A DNA stretch of 64,000 nt, taken from a bacterium. Lineage in GTDB: Bacteria > Patescibacteriota > Minisyncoccia > Phycocordibacterales > Phycocordibacteraceae. How positions within the stretch are numbered: the stretch's first letter is position 1; each line of letters begins with the position of its first letter. The stretch is from assembly GCA_023269085.1 (NCBI GenBank), contig JAHFML010000002.1:65266-129265 (forward strand). Reading direction: 5' to 3'. Of this stretch, positions 55,332-63,388 are shown one piece after another. The translations under genes were made by a program, and so were the position numbers. The notes under the pieces were generated by a model. That model was not told the origin of the DNA. It saw nothing but the letters and a program-made list of their open reading frames with translations, and did no database searches.

Positions 55332-57209
55332 ATGCCTGAAAAACCGCCAAGAACAAAGACGCCAATCGAAGAAACGATTGCACAAGTTGAAGAAGAGAAC
55401 GAAGTTATGTTTCCTCCGGCAGAAGGCGTACCGACACGGGCAGAGAGTCAAGCGGCGCTTATCGAAGCTGTGAATAAATTCCCGAAGGCAGAAGTGTCGA
55501 CGGAAACGGCCACACCGAAAGTGGAGAAGCCAGAGAGCGTGTTCGACACCGAGCGCATGAAGGAGTACATGAGTCAGCGCAATGGCGCACTGGATCAGAA
55601 AGCAGAGAAGCTCGGGATCGGAGGATTCGTGCGCTCGATCGGAGAGAAATACAATAAAATAAATTGGAAATATAAGCTCCTCGCGGGTATCGGTCTTGGC
55701 GTTACAACCGCGGTAACGGCATTCCCTGCGGCTATTACCGCGTGTGCCGTCGGACTTATAGCCGCGCAACGCGCTCTTGGTGCGACGGGCATGTTCGTAA
55801 AGTTTGAGAAGAATCTTAAGGATATCGACAAAGGGGAAGCAGAAGGATTCTTCAAAGGCCGTCTGCTCGGAAAAGAAGGTTGGTATCAAAAGGCGATTAA
55901 AAATATGGAGTTGTCAGAAGAAGGGCAGCGCAACATGGCTATTGGCATGACGCTTGCCTATACTGTTGGCATGAGTGCTGCGATTGGCGGGGCGGTCGAG
56001 TACGCACGAGATCACGGTTGGGTAGAGTGGATCAGCAATCATTTGCCGTCAATGGATGCTCACGCTGCCGGAACGTCTGCGGCTCCGGCTACCGCACCAG
56101 CACCAGAGGCCGCCACACCGGCACCAGAAGCGGCAGTATCAGCACCAGAAGTGAAAGTCGAGATGCCGAGTGTCGCGGCGTCGGCAAGACACGGATATGA
56201 GTACATGATGAAGCGGATGTGGGAGGACTTGCATGACCCCGCGAAGCACTTTGTCGCGCCGAAGGACATCAATCCTGACAGTGATCTCGCCAAGCTTCTC
56301 GCCGCGAAGCCAGAAGAGATAGACGGCCTCGTGCACCGAATTGCGGCAGACTCGCACCATCACTTCTTCCACGCGAACGGCGAGAATGTCCTCATTGATC
56401 CGAAGGCGCATATGACGTTCGGTGATCATGGAGAGTTGCATCTCGCGACCGAGAAGTATGACTACACCTTCGCGCCTGACCATGCACCGACGACGCCCGC
56501 GTATCATCCTCATGTTGCCGCCGCACCGGCACCAGAGAATGTACAGTCGGTCGTCTTCACTCACGAGACGCCGCCACCGACGACCTATGAAGAGGCGTAT
56601 AACAACGCAATCGATAATGCACCGCATCTACCCCACGTGTCAGCCGAGCAGGTGCAAGGGTCGGCGTCTGCCTACGACCCCAAAGCTCCCGATGCGTGGA
56701 TGCACATCAATGATCCCGGCAAAGGCATGGACCCGTTCCGGGTAGAAGACTATCCAGCGAATCATGTGCCCGGAGCCGGCGCGCATCCGGTCGAGGTTGC
56801 GCATGCACCCACGCCGCATCTCTCAGAACATATTGCTGTGAACGGCTCGGGCGTCGAGATCAATATCAGTGAGCCGCATATCTACGCGAGCCACGCGGCT
56901 GGAAGTGTTGCTCCTGTTCCGGGTCAAGGCATTGATGTGATGAACATGCCGACAGCACAACCAGAGCGTCTCTTCGTCTACGGCGGTGATCCGGCAGGGC
57001 GCGCCGAGACGATTGCTCAATATCTCTCACAGCATCACGACAAGATTGTATACGCGGCAGACTCTAATAACGAGCACCGCATTCCTTGGCATTGGGCCGA
57101 TGGAAAAGTCGTGCCAGGGACGCCGGTGCGCACGAGCGGCTTCCTCGGTTTCTTCGCATCCTTTATGAAGGCACCAACTCCTGACGAACTCGGGAAACTT
57201 ATAAAATAA
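55332..57209 (+). CDS. Large hypothetical membrane protein with Ala/Pro- and His-rich regions
   Basis: 625-aa ORF with hydrophobic segments and APAPEAA repeats, directly after the ATPase. Confidence 0.7.
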   Translation: MPEKPPRTKTPIEETIAQVEEENEVMFPPAEGVPTRAESQAALIEAVNKFPKAEVSTETATPKVEKPESVFDTERMKEYMSQRNGALDQKAEKLGIGGFVRSIGEKYNKINWKYKLLAGIGLGVTTAVTAFPAAITACAVGLIAAQRALGATGMFVKFEKNLKDIDKGEAEGFFKGRLLGKEGWYQKAIKNMELSEEGQRNMAIGMTLAYTVGMSAAIGGAVEYARDHGWVEWISNHLPSMDAHAAGTSAAPATAPAPEAATPAPEAAVSAPEVKVEMPSVAASARHGYEYMMKRMWEDLHDPAKHFVAPKDINPDSDLAKLLAAKPEEIDGLVHRIAADSHHHFFHANGENVLIDPKAHMTFGDHGELHLATEKYDYTFAPDHAPTTPAYHPHVAAAPAPENVQSVVFTHETPPPTTYEEAYNNAIDNAPHLPHVSAEQVQGSASAYDPKAPDAWMHINDPGKGMDPFRVEDYPANHVPGAGAHPVEVAHAPTPHLSEHIAVNGSGVEINISEPHIYASHAAGSVAPVPGQGIDVMNMPTAQPERLFVYGGDPAGRAETIAQYLSQHHDKIVYAADSNNEHRIPWHWADGKVVPGTPVRTSGFLGFFASFMKAPTPDELGKLIK

Positions 57210-57214
57210 ATGCT

Positions 57215-57529
57215 ATGATAAACCCTATGCAAGACGAAATAACCGCGCGCATTGCCGCCGATCTCGGCATTAGCTCGCTCCCGATAGAAGATCAGAAGTC
57301 GCTTATCACGCAGTTCGGCGAGGTGGCGCTCAAGTCAGCGACCATTGCCGTCGCCGAGAAGCTTGGGGAGGAGAAGCGCGACGAGTTCATCAAGCTTGCC
57401 GAGGCGGGCGACGCCGCCGCGCTCAAGACCTTCCTCGATGCTGAGGTGCCCGAGCATGAGGAGCTCGTCAAGGCGGCTATCGCCGACGAGATTAAGCGCT
57501 TCAAAGATTTTCAATCTGCTAACGCCTAA
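57215..57529 (+). CDS. Small helical CPR hypothetical protein (DUF5663-like)
   Basis: DLGI..LP.E.Q...; FL...VP. Confidence 0.6.
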   Translation: MINPMQDEITARIAADLGISSLPIEDQKSLITQFGEVALKSATIAVAEKLGEEKRDEFIKLAEAGDAAALKTFLDAEVPEHEELVKAAIADEIKRFKDFQSANA

Positions 57530-57554
57530 CGCCTAATTCCTAACCACCTAGCTT

Positions 57555-58070
57555 ATGAATCCGATCCAGACTGGTATCGCTACCGCCCTCGCGCTCGTCG
57601 TTGTCGCCGTTTTCTTCTTCTTCCCGAGCTTGCTCCCCTTTGGCCAATCGGCACCGACAGAGCCAGCACAGGTGAGCGTCGCCGCTACCACTAATCAACA
57701 ACTAGCTTCAACCACTATGCCAACAGAAAATGTTACCGATCTCCAGATAACCGACGAGACCATCGGCACTGGCGCCGTCGCCGCCGCGGGCGACACCGTT
57801 ACGGTCAACTATGTCGGTGCGCTCACGAACGGTACCGTCTTTGACGCTTCGGCGAATCACGGCTCGACCGGCTTCACCTTCCCGCTTGGGGCAGGGCAGG
57901 TTATCAAGGGTTGGGACATGGGCGTCGCAGGGATGAAGGAGGGTGGCAAGCGCAAGCTCGTCATCCCGGCCTCGCTTGCCTATGGCGACCGCGCGGTAGG
58001 GAATGTCATCCCGGCAAGTGCGACGCTCATCTTCGAGGTCGAGCTCGTGAAGGTGCAGAAAGGGAAGTAA
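57555..58070 (+). CDS. FKBP-type peptidyl-prolyl isomerase
   Basis: VNYVG.L.NGTVFDAS, LG.GQVIKGWD, IP..LAYG, LIFEVEL. Confidence 0.95.
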   Translation: MNPIQTGIATALALVVVAVFFFFPSLLPFGQSAPTEPAQVSVAATTNQQLASTTMPTENVTDLQITDETIGTGAVAAAGDTVTVNYVGALTNGTVFDASANHGSTGFTFPLGAGQVIKGWDMGVAGMKEGGKRKLVIPASLAYGDRAVGNVIPASATLIFEVELVKVQKGK

Positions 58071-58119
58071 CCAAGGTTCGACCTTAAGAAATTTGGGCCA
58101 AAGGTCGAACCTTGGTTAC
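58067..58119. repeat. Family-A inverted doublet (REPIN-like), intergenic
   Basis: Perfect 19-bp arms GTAACCAAGGTTCGACCTT / AAGGTCGAACCTTGGTTAC; 15-nt spacer; overlaps the FKBP stop. Confidence 0.92.
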
Positions 58120-58132
58120 GGGATGAAAAGTT

Positions 58133-58164
58133 AATGGGCGCGAACCTTGCGGTTCGCGCCCATT
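58133..58164 (-). terminator. Terminator hairpin
   Basis: AATGGGCGCGAACC-TTGC-GGTTCGCGCCCATT. Confidence 0.65.
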
Positions 58165-58170
58165 TGTCGA

Positions 58171-58701
58171 TCAGTATGGGCTCTTGTTGAGCACACGTAC
58201 TGTGTAGACGGGGAAGAGATCCATGATCTCCCGCCCGCAATTCTCGAAGGTGTACGTCTGCCCTCCGAGGGTAATAATGCCGTTCGCGATACCGGCGGTA
58301 CCGGTTGCCCGACCACCGTAAAGCGCGTACTGGTTCGAGTCGACACCACGGAAAGCGTGTGATGCCCACCCCATACCAGCGTAGCCTGCGGCAAAGTACA
58401 GCGCACCATTAGACAAGACGGCCACCAAGTTGTGCGGCCGCGCGGTCTTGGTGTAGATGCGACACGCCCTTTCGGCCTCGGCGACGGCGGTGAGCTGTTT
58501 ATCGCTCACCTCACCCTTGACGATGTAGTTCATCGCCAAATGGTCGCGGTCGAGCAGCCAGTCAGGTGCTTGCTGGTTGTGGGCGACAATCGTCGCCTTT
58601 TCACCCCCAGGCATGGTGACCGGGATCCGGACCACATCGCCCGGGCCCGCGCAGGCTGCGAGCAAGATTGCCGCAATCGCGGCGAGAAGCAGTTTGAGCA
58701 T
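58171..58701 (-). CDS. Putative lipoprotein with glycine-zipper-like helices
   Basis: GAGGAG SD; lipobox LAAC. Confidence 0.6.
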   Translation of the reverse strand: MLKLLLAAIAAILLAACAGPGDVVRIPVTMPGGEKATIVAHNQQAPDWLLDRDHLAMNYIVKGEVSDKQLTAVAEAERACRIYTKTARPHNLVAVLSNGALYFAAGYAGMGWASHAFRGVDSNQYALYGGRATGTAGIANGIITLGGQTYTFENCGREIMDLFPVYTVRVLNKSPY

Positions 58702-58869
58702 GGTTGCTCTCCTCTTGAAGAAACTACGGGAACAGCTCGACGAGCCGTTTACCCTCTGATGAGCAGAATACACGACTATTCATGTTTGTCAACTTTTTCA
58801 CTCCCTTTTTGCGCGCCTATGAATCGTATCATTTCGGTGCTATAATCGGCTCATAGTGATACGAAAGCC

Positions 58870-59922
58870 ATGATGATTTCTGCACGAGAACAAAAAATAC
58901 TCGCCTTGCTTGGTAGCCGCGACTCGGCGCAGTCTTCGGCTATACGCGATGCGCTCGTCGCGCGGGGTGATGACGCGTCGCTTGTTACGGTCAAGCGGGC
59001 GCTCTCTGCCATGGTCGCGCGCGGTCTGCTCGTCGCGACCGGCTCAGGCCGATCCTCGGCGTATCAGATCGCTAGCGTCGGCCGCATCTTCGCCAGTATC
59101 GATGCTCGCGCTTATTGTGCGATTGATCCTGATCGCCGGGCCGGTTTGCAGGGATATAATCGTGCGCTCTTCGCCCTGATGCCCGAGGATCTTTTTTCTG
59201 ACAAGGAGCAAGCGTCGTTCGCGCTCGCGACGACAGAATATGCGCGCCGATCTCTGAATGTGCCGAGAGCGATAGCGAAGAAGGAGCTCGAACGGCTCGT
59301 GGTCGAACTCTCATGGAAGTCGTCAAAGATAGAAGGCAACACCTATACGCTTCTCGACACGGAGCGCCTCATCCTCGAGAACAAAGAAGCGGTCGGACAT
59401 TCTCGGAGCGAGGCCCAGATGATACTCAATCACAAAGACGCTTTCGCTTTCGTGCGGGAGAATGCACCCTCCTTCCTCTCGGTGTCGCGGGCGCGTATCG
59501 AAGATCTGCACGCGATCTTGATACGAGACTTAGGCGTGGGGACTGGCCTGCGCACGCGCGCGGTCGGGATCACGGGGTCGGTCTATCAGCCGCTCGATAA
59601 TCAGCATCAGATCCGCGAAGGGTTTGACGCGCTCATAGCCGCCATCGGTCGCGCGCATACGCCGTATGATAAGGCGCTTCTCGCCATACTGGGCATAAGC
59701 TATCTCCAGCCGTTTGAAGACGGCAACAAGCGCACAGCGCGCCTCCTCGCTGACGCGCTTCTGCTCGCGCACGGGTGCGCGCCGCTCTCGTATAGGAGCG
59801 TCGAAGAAGAAGAGTATCGCGAAGCCCTGCTGGTATTCTACGAGATGAATTCGATTGCCCCGTTCAAGAAGATATTTATCGAGCAGTACGATTTCGCAGC
59901 GCGTAATTATACGGTCGCATGA
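58870..59922 (+). CDS. Fic family protein with N-terminal wHTH
   Basis: SWKSSKIEGNT; YLQPFEDGNKRTAR (Q replaces the catalytic H of HPFxDGNGR). Confidence 0.88.
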   Translation: MMISAREQKILALLGSRDSAQSSAIRDALVARGDDASLVTVKRALSAMVARGLLVATGSGRSSAYQIASVGRIFASIDARAYCAIDPDRRAGLQGYNRALFALMPEDLFSDKEQASFALATTEYARRSLNVPRAIAKKELERLVVELSWKSSKIEGNTYTLLDTERLILENKEAVGHSRSEAQMILNHKDAFAFVRENAPSFLSVSRARIEDLHAILIRDLGVGTGLRTRAVGITGSVYQPLDNQHQIREGFDALIAAIGRAHTPYDKALLAILGISYLQPFEDGNKRTARLLADALLLAHGCAPLSYRSVEEEEYREALLVFYEMNSIAPFKKIFIEQYDFAARNYTVA

Positions 59923-61214
59923 GCGCGATGAAATTTGAGATAGAGAAGCGCGCGGCCGGCTCTACCGGCCGCGCGGGGCTCATCACGACGCCGCACGGCG
60001 TCATCCGTACGCCTGCCTTCTCGCCGGTCGGGACCAAGGCGAGTGTGAAGGGCATCTTCCCGAGTCAGCTGAAGGCGCTCGGTGCCGAAGTCGTCCTCGC
60101 GAACACCTATCATCTCTATCTCCAGCCCGGCGAGAAGGTGGTCGAGCAGGCGGGCGGCCTCGCGAAGTTCATGGGCTGGGAGGGCTCGTCCCGCGGATCT
60201 TCAGCGGGATGGGGGCCGACCATCACCGACTCGGGCGGCTTCCAAGTCTTCTCGCTCGGCGCGGCCTTTGGTAAAACTATTTCCAAATTCACTCGCGAGG
60301 ATCCCGTGGGTGGACACCTAGTGTCCACCCACGGGCTGGCGCATTTCGATCCTGATGTGGCGAGTCAGCACGGTCAGCTCGCTATCATCGACGACGAGGG
60401 CGTCACCTTCACCTCACACCTCGACGGCTCCTTGCATCGCTTCACGCCCGAGCGCTCGGTCGAGATCCAGCACGCGCTCGGCGCAGACATCTTCTTCGCT
60501 TTCGACGAGTGTACTTCGCCCTCTGAGCCCTATGAATATCAGCGCGAAGCGATGGAGCGCACGCACCGCTGGGCCGAGCGCAGCTTGCAGGCGCATCGGC
60601 AAAATCTTGCGGCAAGAGAGAAACAAGCGCTCTTCGGCATCGTGCAGGGCGGCCGGCACGAAGACTTGCGGCGCGAGTCGGCGCGCGCTATCGCCGCCAT
60701 GGGCTTCGACGGCATCGGTATCGGCGGGTCATTCAGTAAAGAGGACATGCGCGGCGCCCTTGGCGCCGCGGTGGGCGAGCTCCCCGAAGAGCTCCCGCGT
60801 CACTTCCTCGGTATCGGCGAGCCGGGCGATATTCTCGAGGGCATTGCGGGCGGGATGGACCTCTTCGACTGCGTCGCCGCAACGCGCATCGGCCGCCACG
60901 GCTCGATCTATACCCGTCGCGGCATCATCCACCTGACCGGCGAGCGATACAAAGACGACTTCTCGCTGCTCGATCCCGAAATGTCGGACATATCATGTCC
61001 AACATCTGATGTTGGACATGATATGTCCGACATTTTCACGCGCGCGTATGTCGCGCACCTCATCCGCTCTAAAGAGATGCTCGGCTCGACGATCTGCTCG
61101 ATGCACAATCTCGGCTTCATCCTCAACCTCGTCGCGGGAGCGCGCCAAGCTATCCTCGACGGTCGCTTCGATTCCTACCGCGCCGACTTCGTGCGAGACT
61201 ATTACCATGGCTAA
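59919..61214 (+). CDS. tgt: tRNA-guanine transglycosylase
   Basis: TPHG.I.TPAF.PVGT, LANTYHL, TDSGGFQVFSL, FDEC, GIVQGG, D.FDCV..TR; several palindrome insertions. Confidence 0.93.
   Translation: MSAMKFEIEKRAAGSTGRAGLITTPHGVIRTPAFSPVGTKASVKGIFPSQLKALGAEVVLANTYHLYLQPGEKVVEQAGGLAKFMGWEGSSRGSSAGWGPTITDSGGFQVFSLGAAFGKTISKFTREDPVGGHLVSTHGLAHFDPDVASQHGQLAIIDDEGVTFTSHLDGSLHRFTPERSVEIQHALGADIFFAFDECTSPSEPYEYQREAMERTHRWAERSLQAHRQNLAAREKQALFGIVQGGRHEDLRRESARAIAAMGFDGIGIGGSFSKEDMRGALGAAVGELPEELPRHFLGIGEPGDILEGIAGGMDLFDCVAATRIGRHGSIYTRRGIIHLTGERYKDDFSLLDPEMSDISCPTSDVGHDMSDIFTRAYVAHLIRSKEMLGSTICSMHNLGFILNLVAGARQAILDGRFDSYRADFVRDYYHG
60303..60335. repeat. Family-C palindrome, in frame in tgt
   Basis: CCCGTGGGTGGACAC-CTA-GTGTCCACCCACGGG; 33 nt, read as PVGGHLVSTHG. 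Confidence 0.92.
60979..61035. repeat. Family-D inverted doublet (REPIN-like), in frame in tgt
   Basis: Perfect 28-bp arms with a 1-nt centre; 57 nt, read as MSDISCPTSDVGHDMSDI. Confidence 0.93.
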
Positions 61215-63321
61215 CTTCAAACTCCACACTCCCTACCAGCCGGCAGGCGACCAGCCGGCGGCTATCGCGGCGCTCGAGAGCGGACTCGAGGCGGGCATGC
61301 GCCATCAGACGCTCTTTGGCGTGACGGGCTCGGGCAAGACCTTCACCATCGCGAACGTCATCGCAGCGCATGACAAGCCGACCCTCGTCCTCGCACACAA
61401 CAAGACCCTCGCGGCCCAGCTCGCGCAAGAGTATCGCGAATTCTTTCCCGAGAACGCCGTCCACTATTTTGTCTCTTACTACGACTACTATCAGCCCGAG
61501 GCCTATATCGCGCACTCCGACACCTACATCGAGAAGGAAGCAATGATAAACGCCGAGATTGATCGCCTCCGCCACGCGGCAACGCAAGCGCTTCTCACGC
61601 GCAAGGACGTCATCATCGTCGCGTCGGTCTCGGCGATCTACGGGCTTGGCTCGCCGGCAGAATATGAGAAGGTGCACGTGAAGATTGAGAAGGGCGCCGC
61701 GGAGGATCGCGCGGCGCTGATCCGCAAGCTCGTGGGTATCCACTTCGAACGCACGCCTGCCGACTTGAACCCTGGTCAGGTGCGCGCTATCGGGAACTCG
61801 CTCGAGCTGATGCCGGTCAACGAGCGCGTTATCTATCGCGTCGCTTTCGAGGGCGACACGATTGTGCGCATTGATCAGCTCGACCCGATCTCGCGCGCAC
61901 TTGTCGCGTCGCCCTCGTCTATTTTCATATTTCCCGCGAAGCACTTCATCACGAGCGAAGCAGAGCGGGTACGCGCGATCGAGGACATCAAGCTCGAACT
62001 CGATGGGCAATTGGCGAAGTTCAAGAGGGAAGCGAAGCCGCTTGAAGCCGAACGCTTGAAACGCCGCACCTTGAGCGACCTCGCGCTCATCCGCGAGATG
62101 GGTTATACCAACGGTATCGAAAATTATTCGCGCCACTTCGACGGTCGCAAGAGCGGCGAGCCGCCCTTCACGCTTCTTTCATACTTCCCACACCGGAATC
62201 AAGGTCGAACCTTACATACGAATTCTCAAGGTTCGACCTTGATTCCGGATTTCCTTACCATCATCGACGAGTCTCACGTGACGGTCCCGCAGCTCGGCGG
62301 CATGTACGCGGGCGATCGCTCACGCAAGGACGTGCTCGTCGAATACGGCTTCAGGCTCCCTTCGGCGCGCGACAATCGGCCGCTCAACTTCGAAGAGTTC
62401 GAAGAGCGTGTTGGGCAGGTTATCTATACGAGCGCAACGCCGGGCCCCTATGAGCGCGCACATGCTGAGCAGGTAGTCGAGCAAGTCATCCGCCCGACGG
62501 GCCTCATCGACCCGGAGCTCGTCATCCGCCCGGTGTCTGGGGAGGCGGGTGGACACCTAGTGTCCACCCATTTAGACACTAGGTGTCCACCCGCCTCCTA
62601 TCGCGGGCAGGTGGCGAACTTTATCAGTGAAGCCGAGGTCGTCATCAAGCGCGGCGGCCGCGCGCTCGCAACCACGCTCACCAAGCAGATGGCCGAAGAC
62701 CTCTCCTCATTCTTGCGCGAGAAAGGTATAAAAGCCGAGTATCTCCACTCTGACGTGAAGACGATCGACCGCATCGACATCCTCACCAAGTTCCGCAAGG
62801 GCGAGTTCGATATTCTCGTCGGCGTCAACCTGCTTCGCGAAGGACTCGACTTGCCCGAGGTCGAGCTCGTCGGCATCCTCGACGCGGACAAAGAAGGCTT
62901 CTTGCGCAGTGAGACCTCGCTCATCCAGACTATCGGCCGTGCCGCGCGCAACGTGCTCGGCCGCGTGATTCTCTATGCCGACGTGATGACCAAGTCGCTC
63001 GAGAAGGCTATTGGCGAGACCAATCGCCGCCGCGCGCTCCAAGTGGCCTACAACGAGAAGCACAGCATCACGCCGAAGACGATTCACAAAGAGATTCGCG
63101 ACATCGCTGCGAGCATGCGGAGCGACCACCAGAAGACGATTGACGAACTTCTGGTGCTCGACACGCTCGCGTACAAGGATGATCCGAAGGCTTTTGTCGC
63201 GCGTAAGCGAGAGGAGATGGCCGAAGCGGTCGAGAAGCTCGACTTCGAAACCGCCGCGCTTATTCGCGACGAGCTCTTCAAGCTTGAGGACGGCGGGTCG
63301 AAAGGGAAGAAGAAACGGTAA
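61207..63321 (+). CDS. uvrB: Excinuclease ABC subunit B
   Basis: PAGDQP, GVTGSGKT, FVSYYDYYQPEAY, DESH, SATPG, NLLREGLDLPEV, QTIGRAARN; start moved to MANFKL. Confidence 0.96.
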   Translation: MANFKLHTPYQPAGDQPAAIAALESGLEAGMRHQTLFGVTGSGKTFTIANVIAAHDKPTLVLAHNKTLAAQLAQEYREFFPENAVHYFVSYYDYYQPEAYIAHSDTYIEKEAMINAEIDRLRHAATQALLTRKDVIIVASVSAIYGLGSPAEYEKVHVKIEKGAAEDRAALIRKLVGIHFERTPADLNPGQVRAIGNSLELMPVNERVIYRVAFEGDTIVRIDQLDPISRALVASPSSIFIFPAKHFITSEAERVRAIEDIKLELDGQLAKFKREAKPLEAERLKRRTLSDLALIREMGYTNGIENYSRHFDGRKSGEPPFTLLSYFPHRNQGRTLHTNSQGSTLIPDFLTIIDESHVTVPQLGGMYAGDRSRKDVLVEYGFRLPSARDNRPLNFEEFEERVGQVIYTSATPGPYERAHAEQVVEQVIRPTGLIDPELVIRPVSGEAGGHLVSTHLDTRCPPASYRGQVANFISEAEVVIKRGGRALATTLTKQMAEDLSSFLREKGIKAEYLHSDVKTIDRIDILTKFRKGEFDILVGVNLLREGLDLPEVELVGILDADKEGFLRSETSLIQTIGRAARNVLGRVILYADVMTKSLEKAIGETNRRRALQVAYNEKHSITPKTIHKEIRDIAASMRSDHQKTIDELLVLDTLAYKDDPKAFVARKREEMAEAVEKLDFETAALIRDELFKLEDGGSKGKKKR
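62193..62248. repeat. Family-A inverted doublet, in frame in uvrB
   Basis: Perfect 21-bp arms plus 14-nt spacer ACATACGAATTCTC; read as RNQGRTLHTNSQGSTLIP. Confidence 0.92.
62541..62598. repeat. Family-C inverted doublet, in frame in uvrB
   Basis: Perfect 24-bp arms GGAGGCGGGTGGACACCTAGTGTC / GACACTAGGTGTCCACCCGCCTCC; read as EAGGHLVSTHLDTRCPPAS. Confidence 0.92.
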
Positions 63322-63388
63322 TTTCTTATCCACATCGCACCGATTGTGCGAAGCACAGCTGTTATTTTACGGTGATATACTTGCAGAT

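Noticed and set aside
61009-61206. N-terminal extension of UvrB in the ORF track
   Set aside because: It overlaps tgt and starts inside the palindrome; homology begins at MANFKL (61207).
61237-61258. CCGGCAGG in uvrB as another PAGR-type palindrome
   Set aside because: It encodes the conserved UvrB PAGDQP motif and is not a full palindrome.
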